Source of the DNA: Chiloscyllium plagiosum
Lineage: Eukaryota
Direction: 5' to 3'
Assembly (NCBI RefSeq): GCF_004010195.1
Contig: NC_057750.1
Span: 994,166-1,041,971 of the forward strand
DNA length: 47,806 bases
Numbering within the stretch: the stretch's first letter is position 1; the number at the start of each line of letters is the position of its first letter. Under the pieces are notes generated by a model. The model made no database searches and was not told the origin of the DNA. It saw only the letters and a program-made list of their open reading frames with translations. Of the stretch, positions 35,530 through 47,394 are shown one piece after another. A program made the position numbers and the translations under genes.

Positions 35530-35700
35530 ACATAGGACATAGGACACAGGAGGAGGCCATTTGGCCCTTCAAGCCTGCTACACTATTCAATGAAACTATG
35601 GCTCATTTGGTTGCAGCCTCAGTAAAAACAAGGACTGCAGATGCTGGAAACCAGAGTCCAGAGACCCAGTGCCACTCTAATCTAGACTCTGATTGCAGTC
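35530..35700 (-). mobile_element. CR1 tail remnant followed by a PLE-terminus fragment
   Basis: cataggacatagg...ggcccttcaagcctg; then aaaacaaggactgcagatgctggaaaccagag. Confidence 0.65.
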
Positions 35701-35751
35701 TCGTCTCCATTTCCTTGTCTGCCTAGTACCACAACCTTAGTCCTATCCCTC

Positions 35752-36495
35752 ACAGAATCATGGAGGAAACAGACCCTTAGGCCCAACTTGTCCATGCTGA
35801 CTAGACATCCTAAATTAATCTAGCCCCATTTAGAGTCATAGAAATGTACAGCACAGAAACAGACTCTTTGGTCCAACTTCTCCATGCCGACCAGATATCC
35901 CAACCCAATCTAGTCCCACTTGCCAGCACCGGCCCATATCCCTCCAAACCCTTCCTATTCATACACCCATCCAAATGCCTTTTAAATGTTGCAATTGTAC
36001 CAGCCCCCACCTCTTCCTCTGGAAGCTCATCCCATACACGTATCACCCTCTGCGTGAAAACATTGCCCTTTAGGTCTCTTTTATATCTTTCCCCTCTCAC
36101 CCTAAACCTATGTCCTCTAGTTCTGGACTTCCCCCACCCCAGGGAAAATACTTAAGTCCCTTTTAAATATTTCCTCTCTCACCCTAAATCTCTCCAGTTT
36201 TTTGGACTCCCCTTACCCAGGGAAAAGACTTTGTCTATTTACCCTATCCATGCCTCTCATGATTTTATAAACCTCTATAATGTCACCCCCCAGGGAAAAT
36301 AACTGCAGCCTATTCAGCCCCTCCCCATCGCTCAAACTCTCCAACCCTGACAACATCCTTGTAAGTCTTTTCTGCACCCTCTCAAGCTTCACAATATCCT
36401 TCTTACAGCAGGGAGAACAGAATTGTATATAGTATTCCAACAGTGGCCTAACCAATGTCCTGTACAGCCGCAACATGACCTCCCAACTCCTGTAT
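35752..36495 (-). mobile_element. HER1/CR1 3' fragments with local duplications
   Basis: MLRLYRTLVRPLLEYYIQFCSP...; second tail at 35752-35830; duplicated segment ~36155-36220. Confidence 0.92.
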
Positions 36496-36914
36496 TTCTC
36501 AATAACAAATCACTCCAGAAAACATTCAGATCACACTCATTGTTCAGTGCACATGAAGGCTGCAACGCAATTGATCTATGCCCAGCATCAACATGTCTCC
36601 CTCAACACAACTTAAATAATAAACGCAGGTTAATTGACTATTTGCCCATCTGTTTCCCAAACTATACATAAACACAATGGTCCCCCAGCTCAGAGACCTC
36701 GGGATAGAGCTTTGGGTAAATTTTATTCACCTGTTGAGGCATGTTATGGCACTCACTGGAGTGGGCAACTCTGGCCAAGAGCTAGGGACACTACCTTTGC
36801 ACCAGACCAACCCACCAGCATACACTGTCCCAAAGTTTCCATTCAGCAAGTACACCAAGTTAAAGATCCCATCAATAGCACCCCCCTTAATTAACTAATT
36901 AATTAACCAATCAT

Positions 36915-37152
36915 CACAAAAACTGAAACACAAACTGCCAGAGAAACTCAGTGCATTTGGCAGCATCTGTGTGGAGAAAGCAGAGTTAATGTTTTGAGTC
37001 CAGTGAACCTTCCTCAGGACCCCTGAGTTGTTGAAGTAGAATCACTGGACTTGAAATAGTAACTGTGTTTTTCCTCTCGCCACAGATATTGTCAGACCTG
37101 CTGAGTTTCTCCAGCAATTCTGGTGTTTATTTCAGATCTAGAAGCATCTGTT
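36915..37152. mobile_element. Older palindromic PLE-terminus element, HHR cores decayed
   Basis: gagaaactcag...cagagttaatgttttgagtccagtga is inverted relative to tcactggacttgaaatagtaactg...ctgagtttctc. Confidence 0.8.
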
Positions 37153-37339
37153 TTACCATAGAAAACTATTCGGGTCAACATTTTAGTAACATAGGGACAC
37201 TGGACAAACAGCAGTGCAGAAGTTATTCGACCCACTACAAGAGGGGGAAGGGAAAGGGGGAAGCAGAGTGGAGTCCTTCCTCATTACCTAGAGCACGTTT
37301 CTTTCTCTCTCCCTGTGGACTGTGTAGTTGATCAGTTGG

Positions 37340-37965
37340 ATGGTAATGATCTAATTGAGGTGTTAAAGATAATGCAAGGAGTTAAAGAGATTGTGAGTGA
37401 CAGTGGAACTATTTTTATCTCTTGACGTGGGAATCAAGACCTGGGATGGGACGATACCCGAAAGATTGAAACTGTCAGTCAGGGGTGATGTCAGAAAACC
37501 TTCCTTCACATGAAGCAGAGCAAGTATCTGAAACAGATTTCAAGTTCCCCTCCTGTACCTCCAATCACCAAAACTGTGGAGGGTCAAGAAAAATTTCAAA
37601 AGATTGAGAGTTGTTTCATTGGAAGATTTTTTTTAAAGGTTCATTCCTAGGATGTGGACATTGTTAGCTGGGCCCAATATTTATTGTCTGTCCGTATCTG
37701 CCCTTGAGAAGGTGGGGGTGAGCTGCATTCTTGAACCGCTGCAGTCCACGTGCTGTAGCAGACCACAATTCCAGAATTACGGATTAGCAATAGGGATATG
37801 GAAATAATTGGGTATTCAAATTGAGTCGGAATCCATGATCCAAGATGATCTAATTGAGTGACAGAAAAGGCATTGGGGAATGGCATTGGGGAATGGCATT
37901 GGGGAATGGCTGGTTGAAAGTATTGCGATGGTGAACTCCCAAGTTGCATCAGTTGGTCAATGATA
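37340..37965. mobile_element. Cluster of degenerate CR1/LINE fragments with a 13-bp x3 tandem
   Basis: atgatctaattgaggtgttaaagataatg; antisense LINE tail 37645-37770; (gcattggggaatg)3 at ~37870-37908. Confidence 0.6.
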
Positions 37966-38977
37966 ATATAAAGGTTCCAGGAGGAGGTGTTTTTTAACTT
38001 ATTGTTCATTTTTTTGAACACTCAGGAAGCACTTCTGTCTACTTATCACGGGGTTGTGCCATCAGAAAAGCGGTCATTACCAGACCGAGAGCTGAGACTG
38101 AATTAGCCGAATCTTAGGTAACTTTTCTTTGAGTTTTCATGGAGAAAAGCTGATTTGATCCATCATTGTTTCTCAGTGTCTAGATGCTTCAATACAAGAA
38201 AAATGTTCCCCATTAAACAGGCGACTTCTTTCAGGCAAATTAAAGGTTACATTGAAACATCAACTTGAGTTAAAGAGTACCTGTACCTGTCAGGTCAATC
38301 ACCTTTGTGTCACTTTACTGTGCCAGTAACTGCACTGAATATGGATTTATTTTTACATAACTCTAGAGAATCATGAGACCCTAGGGTTTTAAACAAAAAG
38401 GATACATTTTACATGGAATAAAAGTAGCTGTCTGATAAAGTAATTGCATGGAGAGCAAACCAGGAGCCATTAGCAACGTTATTTCATTCTCTTACTCAAC
38501 TTCTTACAGAAATACGATACTTGTGAAAACAGAAATCAATTGAGTCATGCACAGGGGAGTCGTTACTGAGGAAAGGAAATTTCAGGGAAAGAAACGGAGC
38601 AACTTTGTAATTTTAATATTTGACTTATTTTGAAGTCAGATGGAACAGGAGCTGTATTTGTACAGAAGTTGGCTGGTCTCTTCATACAAAGTGAATTATG
38701 TTTCTAGCACAGTGACTGTTGCATCAAATGCAAAACTACATTTTTTTAATGCAAGTCCAAATAGTTCATCTGTTTCTGGTGGGATTGGTGAAGGAAGTCA
38801 GATTAGTTCAAATCTCTCCTGGTTATTCACTCAATAGTTCTGTGATTTGAATGAGCATTGGTTCAGTGTTTCAACTAAAAAATGGCAGCTCTGACAGTGC
38901 AGCATGTCGGATGATATCACCGACTCGTTTTTTCCTCAATCCCAGATGGAAAATTGCAGACTGAACCAAAGAACTAA

Positions 38978-39377
38978 AAGGTAAAGCCACCATAGTCTTA
39001 CCAAACCATAGGGCTGCTTTCTCATGAAACAGATGCAACTGGTGGTGGTTTAGCCTGAGAGTTCACTGTGCCTCAGGCAAGGGAGAGGTGGAGAAGGAGA
39101 GCCATCGAGATGTACAGCATGGAAACAGACCCTTCGGTCCAACTTGTCCATGCCGACCAGATATTCCAACCCAATCTAGTCCCACCTGCCAGCACCCAGC
39201 CCATATCCCTCCAAACCCTTCCTATTCATATACCCATCCAAATGCCTTTTCAATGCTGCAACTGTACCAGCCTCCATCACTTCCTCCTTCATGGTAACCG
39301 CAGCCAGTGCAGTAGTTGAACCCACACTGTTGGTCTCCCTACATCACAAACCAGCCATCCAGCCAACTGAGCTAACC
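38978..39377 (-). mobile_element. tRNA-derived SINE interrupted by a HER1 3' fragment (~39100-39286)
   Basis: SINE tail ggtaaagccaccatag, head ccaactgagctaacc; inserted gagatgtacagcatggaaacagaccc... Confidence 0.85.
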
Positions 39378-39589
39378 AGCCAGAAACTGGACACGGACCA
39401 GGATTGTGTGGAAATAGACAATGCAGGGATACTCAGCCTGAGGATACTCCATGTGGGAGCAGGTGAGTGTGGAGGGTGGGAGGACACATTGGTGATAAAG
39501 ACTAAATGCCGTTTTGCCCTGTCAGCTGATCTTAGCTGAAGTAGTGTTGAAGGCATTGCGTCAGCAGCTAATCTCCCTGCTCTTCCCTT

Positions 39590-39945
39590 CTCTTTATTCC
39601 TCCCCGTGGGGACGTGGGAGTGCCTGGCAAGGCCAGCACTGTTGACCATCCCTAATTGCCCTAGCACTGATTGGCTTGTTCAGAGGGCAGTTAAGAGTTA
39701 AACAACTTACTGTGTGGGTCTGGAGTCACGTGTAGACCAGACCATATAAGGCCGACAGATTTCCTTCCCTAAAGGACAGGAGGGAACCAGATGTTTATTT
39801 TTAAAAAAGAAAAGCAAATAGCCAATGATTGTTATCCGTAGTAGGTCCAGACTTTATTGATTTGTTTTGAATGCTGTGGGGAGATTTGAGCCCTTATCTC
39901 CAAGCCATTAGTAGGGGTATCTGGGTTGCTAATCCAGCATTGCCA
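39590..39945 (-). mobile_element. tRNA-derived SINE (same family as 33170-33491)
   Basis: gagggcagttaagagttaaac...gggtctggagtcacgtgtag...ttccttccctaaagg. Confidence 0.78.
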
Positions 39946-39986
39946 CATGTTGAAGAGGAAATTCAATAGGAATAATGGCTCCCAGT

Positions 39987-40465
39987 CTCTGTCTAATCAT
40001 AGACTCCCTACAGTGTGGAAACAGGTCCTTTGGCCCAACAAGTCCACACTAACCCTCCACCTTATATTTACCCATGACTAATGCACCTAACTTACATATC
40101 CCTGAATTCTATGGGAAAATTATCATATCCAATTCACCCTAACTCTGTCTAATCATAGACTCCCTACAGTGTGGAAACAGGCCCTTTGGCCCAACAAGTC
40201 CACACTAACCCTCCACCTTATATTTACCCATGACTAATGCACCTAACCTACACATCCCTGAATTCTATGGGAAGATTATCATATCCAATTCACCCTAACC
40301 TGCATATCTTTGGATTGTGGGAGGAAACTGGAGCACCTGGAGGAAATCCACACAGACATGGGGAGAATGTGCCAACTCCACACAGACAGTTGCCCGAGAC
40401 TGGAATTGAACCCAGGTCCCAGGTGCTGTGAGGCAGCAGTGCTAACCACTGAGCCCATGTGCTGC
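39987..40465 (-). mobile_element. HE1-type SINE with a 156-bp tandem duplication of its 3' part
   Basis: 39987-40142 nearly identical to 40143-40298; head at 40400-40465. Confidence 0.92.
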
Positions 40466-41037
40466 CCAAGGACCACTCCATAGACACAGGTTTGAGAACC
40501 AGCCTGGCTATGATACATTGTATGTGAGAAAAAAAAACTTTCTAATAATCACTGTCTCAAATGACAAGCAATGAATAGGCCAGCAAGATCCCACAAGAAC
40601 CATTCCTGGGTTAGTGGTCCCGGGGGAACTTGGGAAAAAATTTGGAAATCAAAATCAATGAGTAAGATTGCAATCAAAAAGTAACATTTAATTTCTCTTG
40701 TCTTCTCATTTGCTTAATTTGTAGTTTCATGGAAGAGACAAATGCTAATCCAACTCTTATTGATTGAGAGTAACACGGAGATTGTGGCATAAATTTTATA
40801 GATCAGTAAATGTAAAAGGGGAGAGGATTCACACAAACCTGGAGATGTTGCTGTGCTGAAGCTGTCTCGATTATGTTGGGAAAGAGAGAAGAATGTTCAC
40901 GTTACCATGGAAACCCCAGCCTGTATCCGAAGCACCTCGGTTGCCTCTTTGAGAGGCAGATGTTCGCCTCCATCTGAGTGAGGATCGAAGGGCTGACCAT
41001 TATTGATTATCTGCACTCGGTTCCTACAATCCAGAGA

Positions 41038-41150
41038 AGCTCTTGTGGCACAGTGGTGGTGTCCGTACCTCTGAGCCAGGAGGCCTGCGTTTAAGCCCCA
41101 CCCAGCCCTGAGGGGTGTAGTCATATCTCTAAACAGGTTGATCAGAAAAT
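41038..41150 (+). mobile_element. tRNA-derived SINE head remnant
   Basis: gtggcacagtggtggtgtccgtacctctgagccaggaggcc. Confidence 0.5.
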
Positions 41151-41461
41151 ATTTGTAAAGGTCCAGAGTATACCTCTGTGTTGGTGCATTGGTCAGGAAA
41201 AGCTTACACAGATCGGAAACCACTGACAGTTTAAGAAAGCTCCAAACTGATCCTTTGGCTGTTGAGACATTATTCTACGTGTTTACTCAATCCAGTTATT
41301 TCACCAAAAATCTGTCAGGTTTTTTAAAGAGAATTCTGATCCATATTAGCAATGGCCTGGATGGAACCAATAGCTGTCATTGGAGAATGTCAGGCCCATG
41401 AACAGACTAATAATTCTTGCATCAACAAAGCCAATGCTCTGGATTGCTCTTGGGCACTGGA

Positions 41462-41546
41462 CCTTCCTGATGAAGGGATTAAGCCTGAAACGTCGATTCT
41501 CCTGCTCCTCGGATGCTGTGCTTTTCCAGCGCCACACTCTCGACTC
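41462..41546 (+). mobile_element. Single-arm PLE-terminus fragment with HHR core
   Basis: CTGATGA(41467-73)-A-GGG-attaag-CCT-GAAA-CGTC(41491-94). Confidence 0.8.
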
Positions 41547-41811
41547 GGGGACAGGGTCAGGGTCCTTGGTCTGGATGTACCAGCATCGAAAGGAAAGGCT
41601 GAAGCTTCCCAGAGGCTCCTCCTACTCACCCACCCAACAATTAAAGATGGCGGATGGTTCTCCCCGCGGTCAGCCAATCAGAGGATTAGCTGTTCTGAAA
41701 TCTCACCCCTCCCCCACCGAGAGGTCAGTATTACTGACAATATGAAGGCAACCAAACTAAGAGATACCTTCAGAGGCATGAGGGGAGGCTCCTCTGATGG
41801 AACCAACCAAA

Positions 41812-42108
41812 ATCATAGAATCCCTACCGTATGGAATTAGGCCATTCATCCCAATCTTCCAAAGAGCATTCCACCCAGAACCACCCTTTTGCCCCATCCC
41901 TGAATTTCAAATGGCTAACCCACCAAGCCTGCACAGTACAGACAATTTCCCAAGGCCAATCCACCCTAACCTGCACAGCTTTGGACTGTGGGAGGAAACT
42001 GGAGCTCCTGGAGGAAACCCACGCAGACATGGGGAGAATGTGCAAACTCCTCACAATTGAACCTGGGTCCCTGGTACTGTGAGGCAGCAGTGCTAACCAC
42101 TGAGCCAC
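41812..42108 (-). mobile_element. HE1-type SINE
   Basis: atcatagaatccctacc tail; gtgaggcagcagtgctaaccactgagccac head. Confidence 0.88.
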
Positions 42109-42384
42109 ATCTAACAGGTACAGGGTCTTTCCCATGTGTGGTTCCAACTGTTTCCCACATCCGCTCACCTTTCTCCAACCCCGTCACCACCAACCCACCT
42201 CCACTACCAGTGATGATAGCGAAGAGAGGCTGGGTGCTCTGTTTGGAGAGCTGTCGGTTTTACCCAAGTGTGGTTCCTTACAGAAGCTGACATGAAACTG
42301 AGACTGAAAAGGAGCGCAAACACTTTGGTAAAATAAATAAAACAGATGCTGGTGTATCATAAAGAAGCCAAAGAGGAGAGGAGA

Positions 42385-42578
42385 AAGATTGAACTTTCTG
42401 AGGAAGTGGTGGGTGTGGGTAAAGCTACAATGTTTAAAAAGTATATGCATATATGAAGAGGAAAGGTTGGGAGTGATATGGACCAGGAGCAGGCAGGCAG
42501 ATTAGTTTGGGAACATGGTCGGCATGGACCATATTGGCTGAAGGGTCTGTTGGCATGCTGGATGACGCTATGATTCTA
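42385..42578 (+). mobile_element. HER1/CR1 3' tail
   Basis: gaggaagtggtgg...ggctgaagggtctgtt...tatgattcta. Confidence 0.78.
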
Positions 42579-42580
42579 AG

Positions 42581-42678
42581 TGCAGATGCTGGAAATCAAA
42601 AACAAAAATAAAAATTGCAGGAGAAACTCTGAAGGCTTGGCAGCATCAGTGGAGAGAAAGCAGAGTTAACTTCAGAAC
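42581..42678 (-). mobile_element. PLE-terminus fragment (antisense arm)
   Basis: tgcagatgctggaaatc...ggcagcatcagtggagagaaagcagagttaac. Confidence 0.75.
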
Positions 42679-42794
42679 TGGTGTCTCATCTTTATATATA
42701 ACTAAACATGAACCCCATTGACAATCCAGTGCTGACTACTGGCTTCATGTGCTGGATCCTAAGAATTTGTCTCCACTTGGCTTAATGCTAGTAA

Positions 42795-42931
42795 ACCCTT
42801 CCTGAGGAAGGGCTTTTGCCTGAAACGTCGATTTTTCTGCTCCTCGGATGCTGCCTGACCTGCTGTACTTTTCCAGCACCACATTCTCGACTCTAATCTC
42901 CAGCATCTGCAGTACTCACTTTCACCGTGAA
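42795..42931 (+). mobile_element. Single-arm HHR-bearing PLE-terminus element, probable 8-bp TSD
   Basis: CTGAGGA(42802-08)-A-GGGC-TTTT-GCCT-GAAA-CGTC; gctagtaa at 42787-94 and 42932-39. Confidence 0.83.
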
Positions 42932-43744
42932 GCTAGTAAGGGCAGATATGAACTGATGGTGAAACATCCCCTGGATTCTCAACCTCAGAATCTGGAAGCG
43001 ACCCTCAACCCCTTGACTCTGCTGAATGAAAAAAGATTTGGTCCCAGTATTTAGTCCGTTCATTTTATCAGAACGGGCAATCCCTTTGAAAGTGTATACA
43101 ATACGCTGTTACTTAGCAAGTAACATATGCTGTGTATGGCAAGATCCCAGAGATTATGGTCCACTGTCCTTTGGATTGAGAGTGATATCCATTCAGGATC
43201 ACAAGTTCTAGCTTGACTCTCTGTGTGTTCTGTCAGACTGATTCTCTGTCCTTGGGTCTACGGGCACATGGGGCAGGATGGCCTATCAGAGAATGGGATC
43301 CCAGGGCCAGAATTGGCTCTCTTTTCTTTCCTTTTTAGCTTCTTCATTAAGATGATGCATCTCAAGGCATGAAGCAGCTTGATGGCCATCTTGGCCCTAG
43401 TTAGAATGATCGGTAGCAAGCTCCTCCCAGTCATTCGTGTCAATTCAGAGTCTGATTTATCCTGCCCTGGAACTCCGACCACAGGACATCATGGTCTGGA
43501 GGCCAATTTCCCACCATGCCCACACAGAGTCCCATCAATTGAAGTTCAGTCTGAGAGTTATGGAGTTAGTTTCAAGAAGGACACTAGTGTTTGTCCAACA
43601 CTTCACCCCAATGAGTTCAGAGAAAGTGGCAGAGAAATTACTGGTGGAATTTCTCTTGTGCACATGTATGTCCATGATATACAGGGGCAAATTACTACAG
43701 TCACAAGGGGAAACAACTGATGATGATGGCTATCCCCATCTCAG

Positions 43745-44358
43745 GCAGGATGGGACTATTGAGTATAGGAGTTGAGAGGTCATGCTGAGGCTATACAGGA
43801 GAATGGTCAGACCACTTTTGGTATACTGCATTCAGTTCTGCTATAGGAATGGCATTGTGAACCTTGAGAGGGTACAGAAAAGATTTATAAGGATGTCACC
43901 AGGGTTGGAGGATGTGAGCTATAGAAAGAGGCTGAATAAGTTGTGGCTGTTTTCCCTGGAGCATCAGAGGCTGAGGGGTGACCTTATAGAGGTTTATAAA
44001 ATCATGAGGGGCATGGATAGGATAAATAGACAAAGTCTTTTCCCCAAGGCAGGGGAGTCCAAAACTAGAGGGCATAGGTTTAAGGTGAGGGGGGAAAGTT
44101 ATAAGGGGAATCTGAAGGGCAATGTTTTCATGCAGAGGGTGGTACGTGTGTGGAATGAGCTGGCAGAGGAAGTGGTGGAGGCTGGTACAATGACAACATT
44201 TAAAAAGCATCTGGATGGGTATATGATAAGGAAGGGGTTAGAGGGATATGGGCTAAGTACTGGCAAATGGGGCTAGATTAATTTAGGATATCTGGGCAGC
44301 ATGGACGAGTTGGGCCGAAGGGTCTGTTTCTGTGCTTTACAGCTTTATGACTCTATGA
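43745..44358 (+). mobile_element. HER1/CR1 LINE 3' fragment
   Basis: 164-aa ORF MLRLYRRMVRPLLVYCIQF...; tatgactctatga tail. Confidence 0.93.
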
Positions 44359-45154
44359 GGCTTTTTGCAGTAACAGAGTTAACTGAGTTTCTGAGCTCTT
44401 GTTGCTGGACCTTCTGAGTATTTCGAGTTCGTCAGTTTGCAAACTTTGGTAGCTATGAAGGATACAGAGGGTTCAATCAATTCTTGTAATTGATATGTGT
44501 AAATTGGGAAAGTCAAGCACTCACTCCATCTGCTGTGGTGCTTCTGTCCAGCTTCACAACAGGTGAGAGTGCACTCTGTCGTCTCCTGAAGCAGAAACAG
44601 ATTAGAGCTCTGTTGCATCTGCCAAGTCATTTGTATGAAAGTTCATTAAAATCTCTGACTGTGCTTAAATATCCCCACTGTGGTGTTGCAAGAAGTGACT
44701 GATAAAGTGTGAGACAGCGCCATCATTAATCACAATTATATGCTTCAGCAAGAGAAAAATTCAACAGTTTACCTTCAGCTTCAATTATGCAGGAGAAATG
44801 TCATTTGCCTCAAGAAAAATGGGCCATTGCAGTGTCTGGTTTTCTGATAATGGAAGCATGCAAATGGGGTCTCACTCCATCAGGCCCATTACAGTTGATG
44901 CAGCAACTCTTGAAGGGGCATCAGCCATTAGCAGATGGTATTTCCACATTGGGTTTTTTTGTGCTTGGTCTGACAGTGGCACCTCTGGCTCATTCTCTGT
45001 CTCAAGGTACCAAGCAGAGCTGGGCACCAGGTGAGGCACTTGAACCAGTGTTCCTCTCCGGCCCCCCCATATTTGGGATGTCAGAGTGGGAGATGCTGCC
45101 TGTGAACAAAGCACTGGGCAGCTCTGAAACTCAATTCTGAGCCTGAAGAAAATC

Positions 45155-45228
45155 TGAGGGAACTGCAGATGCTGGAAATCAGACCCAAAAACAGAAAGTG
45201 CTGGAAAAGCACAGCAGGTCTGGCAGCA
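45155..45228 (-). mobile_element. PLE-terminus fragment (antisense arm), split from 45805-45905 by a CR1 insertion
   Basis: aactgcagatgctggaaatc...gctggaaaagcacagcaggtctggcagca. Confidence 0.72.
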
Positions 45229-45792
45229 TATAGAACATAGAACATTACAGCACAGGAATGAGCACTTCAGCTGACAATGTTTTGCCAAGCATGACACCAA
45301 ATTAAACTAGTCCCTTCAGCCTGCCCTTGCTCCATATCCCTCCATTCCTTGCATATTCATGTCTTTATCTAAAAGCCCCTTAAATGCCCCTATGGTATCT
45401 AACTCCACTACCACCCCTGGCAGCACGATCCAGACTCCTACCACTCTCTGTGTAAAAAAACACTTGTCCCTCACATCACTTTTTGAACTTTTCCCCTCAC
45501 GCCTTAAATGCCTGCCCCGAGTTTTAGACATTTCACATCTGGGAAAAAGGTTCTGAACATCAACCTTATCGATGAATCTTATAATATTATAAACTTCTAT
45601 TGAGTCTTCCCTCAGCCTGCACCCCTCCAGCTCTGATCTCCAGCATCTGCAGACCTCACTTTCTCCCCTCCAGGAGAAAACAGCCTGAGTTTTTCCAGCC
45701 TCTCTTTATAGCTCATTCCCTCTAATTCAGGCAGCATCCTGGTAAACCTCTTCTGCAGCCCCTCCAAAGCCTCCACATCCTTCCTGTAATGT
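45229..45792 (-). mobile_element. CR1 LINE 3' fragment
   Basis: (atagaac)n tail; MSKTRGRH...FFTQRVVGVW. Confidence 0.9.
45631..45664 (+). mobile_element. 34-bp PLE-terminus micro-insertion with 9-bp TSD
   Basis: cccctccag(45622-30)-ctctgatctccagcatctgcagacctcactttct-cccctccag(45665-73). Confidence 0.83.
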
Positions 45793-45804
45793 ACAGTTTG
45801 TATC

Positions 45805-45905
45805 AGTTGTGAAGAAGGATCACTGGACCCAAAACATTAACTCTGATTTCTCGCCACAGGTGCTGCCTGACCTGCTGAGCTTTTCCAGCAATTTCTGTCT
45901 TTGCT
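45805..45905 (+). mobile_element. PLE-terminus fragment with decayed HHR
   Basis: gtgaagaaggatcactggacccaaaacattaactc...gacctgctgagcttttccagc. Confidence 0.75.
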
Positions 45906-46449
45906 GCCCGTTCCTGAATAGTTCGCTTTCCTTGACAGAGAATGGCTGCTTCATAATGGAGATAGTAAAGCCCGAGATTTCTGCCCAAGAACAAGTCCAC
46001 ACTTGCCCAGAGACAAGAATAAATCCAATTATCCGATGAGGAGATGTGACTTTTGCAGCAGGAACACCGATTATATCAATAATGATATAATTCAAAATGA
46101 ACAACATCCTCATGTGTAACTCATAGAGGAACTGAGTAACTGCTCCCTGCCTCCATTCTCTGTTGGAACAAGTCTGTTTTGCAACGTGAAATTTCACAGA
46201 TTGGCTTTCATGAGCTGTCAGCAATGGGTTTTGGATTTTAAATCTGTTAGCATGCACAGTTTCTCTCCTGTCAGCTCAATTTGCATGGAAACAAATGGCA
46301 AAGGCGTAGACCCTTTATGGCTCAATTTAAGTATATTTACTTCAAACAAAAAGAAGCAGAATGAAATGGAGATTATTTATATCAAAACATGCCGATCCGT
46401 CCAAGCCTCTCAGTTAGTAAACAAGGAAAAGCAAAACAACAAAACAGCC

Positions 46450-47245
46450 AAGGATCAGGCCCTTCAGCCCTCATCATACCCTAACTAAACTAAAAAACAA
46501 ACCTTCTGCCTTTATTCGGTCTGTATCCCTCTATTGCCTCCCTGTGCATGTAGCCATCCAGATGCCTCTTAAATGTCACCAACGTGTCTGTTTCCATAAC
46601 CACTTCTGGCAAAGTGTTTGAGGCTCCTACCACACTCTGCGTGAAAAAACCTCCCTCGCACATCTCCCTTAAACTTTCCCCCTGTCATCTTGGACCTGAG
46701 CCCCCGTAACTGAAACTTCAACCCTGGGAAAAAGCCTCTGACTACCCACCCCATCTATGTCTCTCATAATTGCATAGACCTCTAAGAGGTCTCCTCTCAG
46801 CCACCATCTTCCCAGTGAAAACAGTCCTTGTCTTTTTAACCTTTCCCCATTGGCCAATGCCCTCGATCAGGTGACATCCTGGTGAACCTTCTCTGCAGTC
46901 TCTGCAAAGCTTCCATGTCCTTATGGTAATGTGGTGACCAAAACTGCACACAATACTCCAAATGCTGCCTAACACAGGTTTTATAAAGCTGTAACATGGT
47001 GTGCCAACTCTTGTACCCCATGTCCCAGCTGATGAAGGCAAGAATGCCAAATGCCTTCTTAATCACCATGGCAACCTGTGTTGTCACTTTTAGGGAACTA
47101 TGGACCTGCACACCCAGATCCCTCTGTTCGTTAATGCTCCTAAGTGTTCTGCCACTTACAGTATAATTCACACCGAAATTTGATCCTCCAAAATGTATCA
47201 CTTCACATTTGTCTGGATTATACTCCATCTGCCATTTGAAAGATC
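46450..47245 (-). mobile_element. CR1 LINE 3' fragment (RT C-terminal half)
   Basis: MEYNPDKCEVIHFG...QRDLGVQVHSSLK...VRQHLEYCVQFWSP. Confidence 0.92.
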
Positions 47246-47254
47246 AAGTTGCCA

Positions 47255-47274
47255 ATCTATCTATCTATCTATCT
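47255..47274. repeat. (ATCT)n microsatellite
   Basis: atctatctatctatctatct. Confidence 0.9.
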
Positions 47275-47394
47275 CCTGTTGTATCCTTTCACTACAGTCA
47301 CACGCTGAGCTCCATAGCTCACACTCTCTTCTCCAACTCAGAAAGGAGTGGATTCAAAGAGAATTTCAGGATTTGGGTTAGCGGCTTAGCTGGA

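Noticed and set aside
43379..43775. Overlapping 112-113 aa ORFs
   Set aside because: No recognisable domain or splice structure; length compatible with chance.
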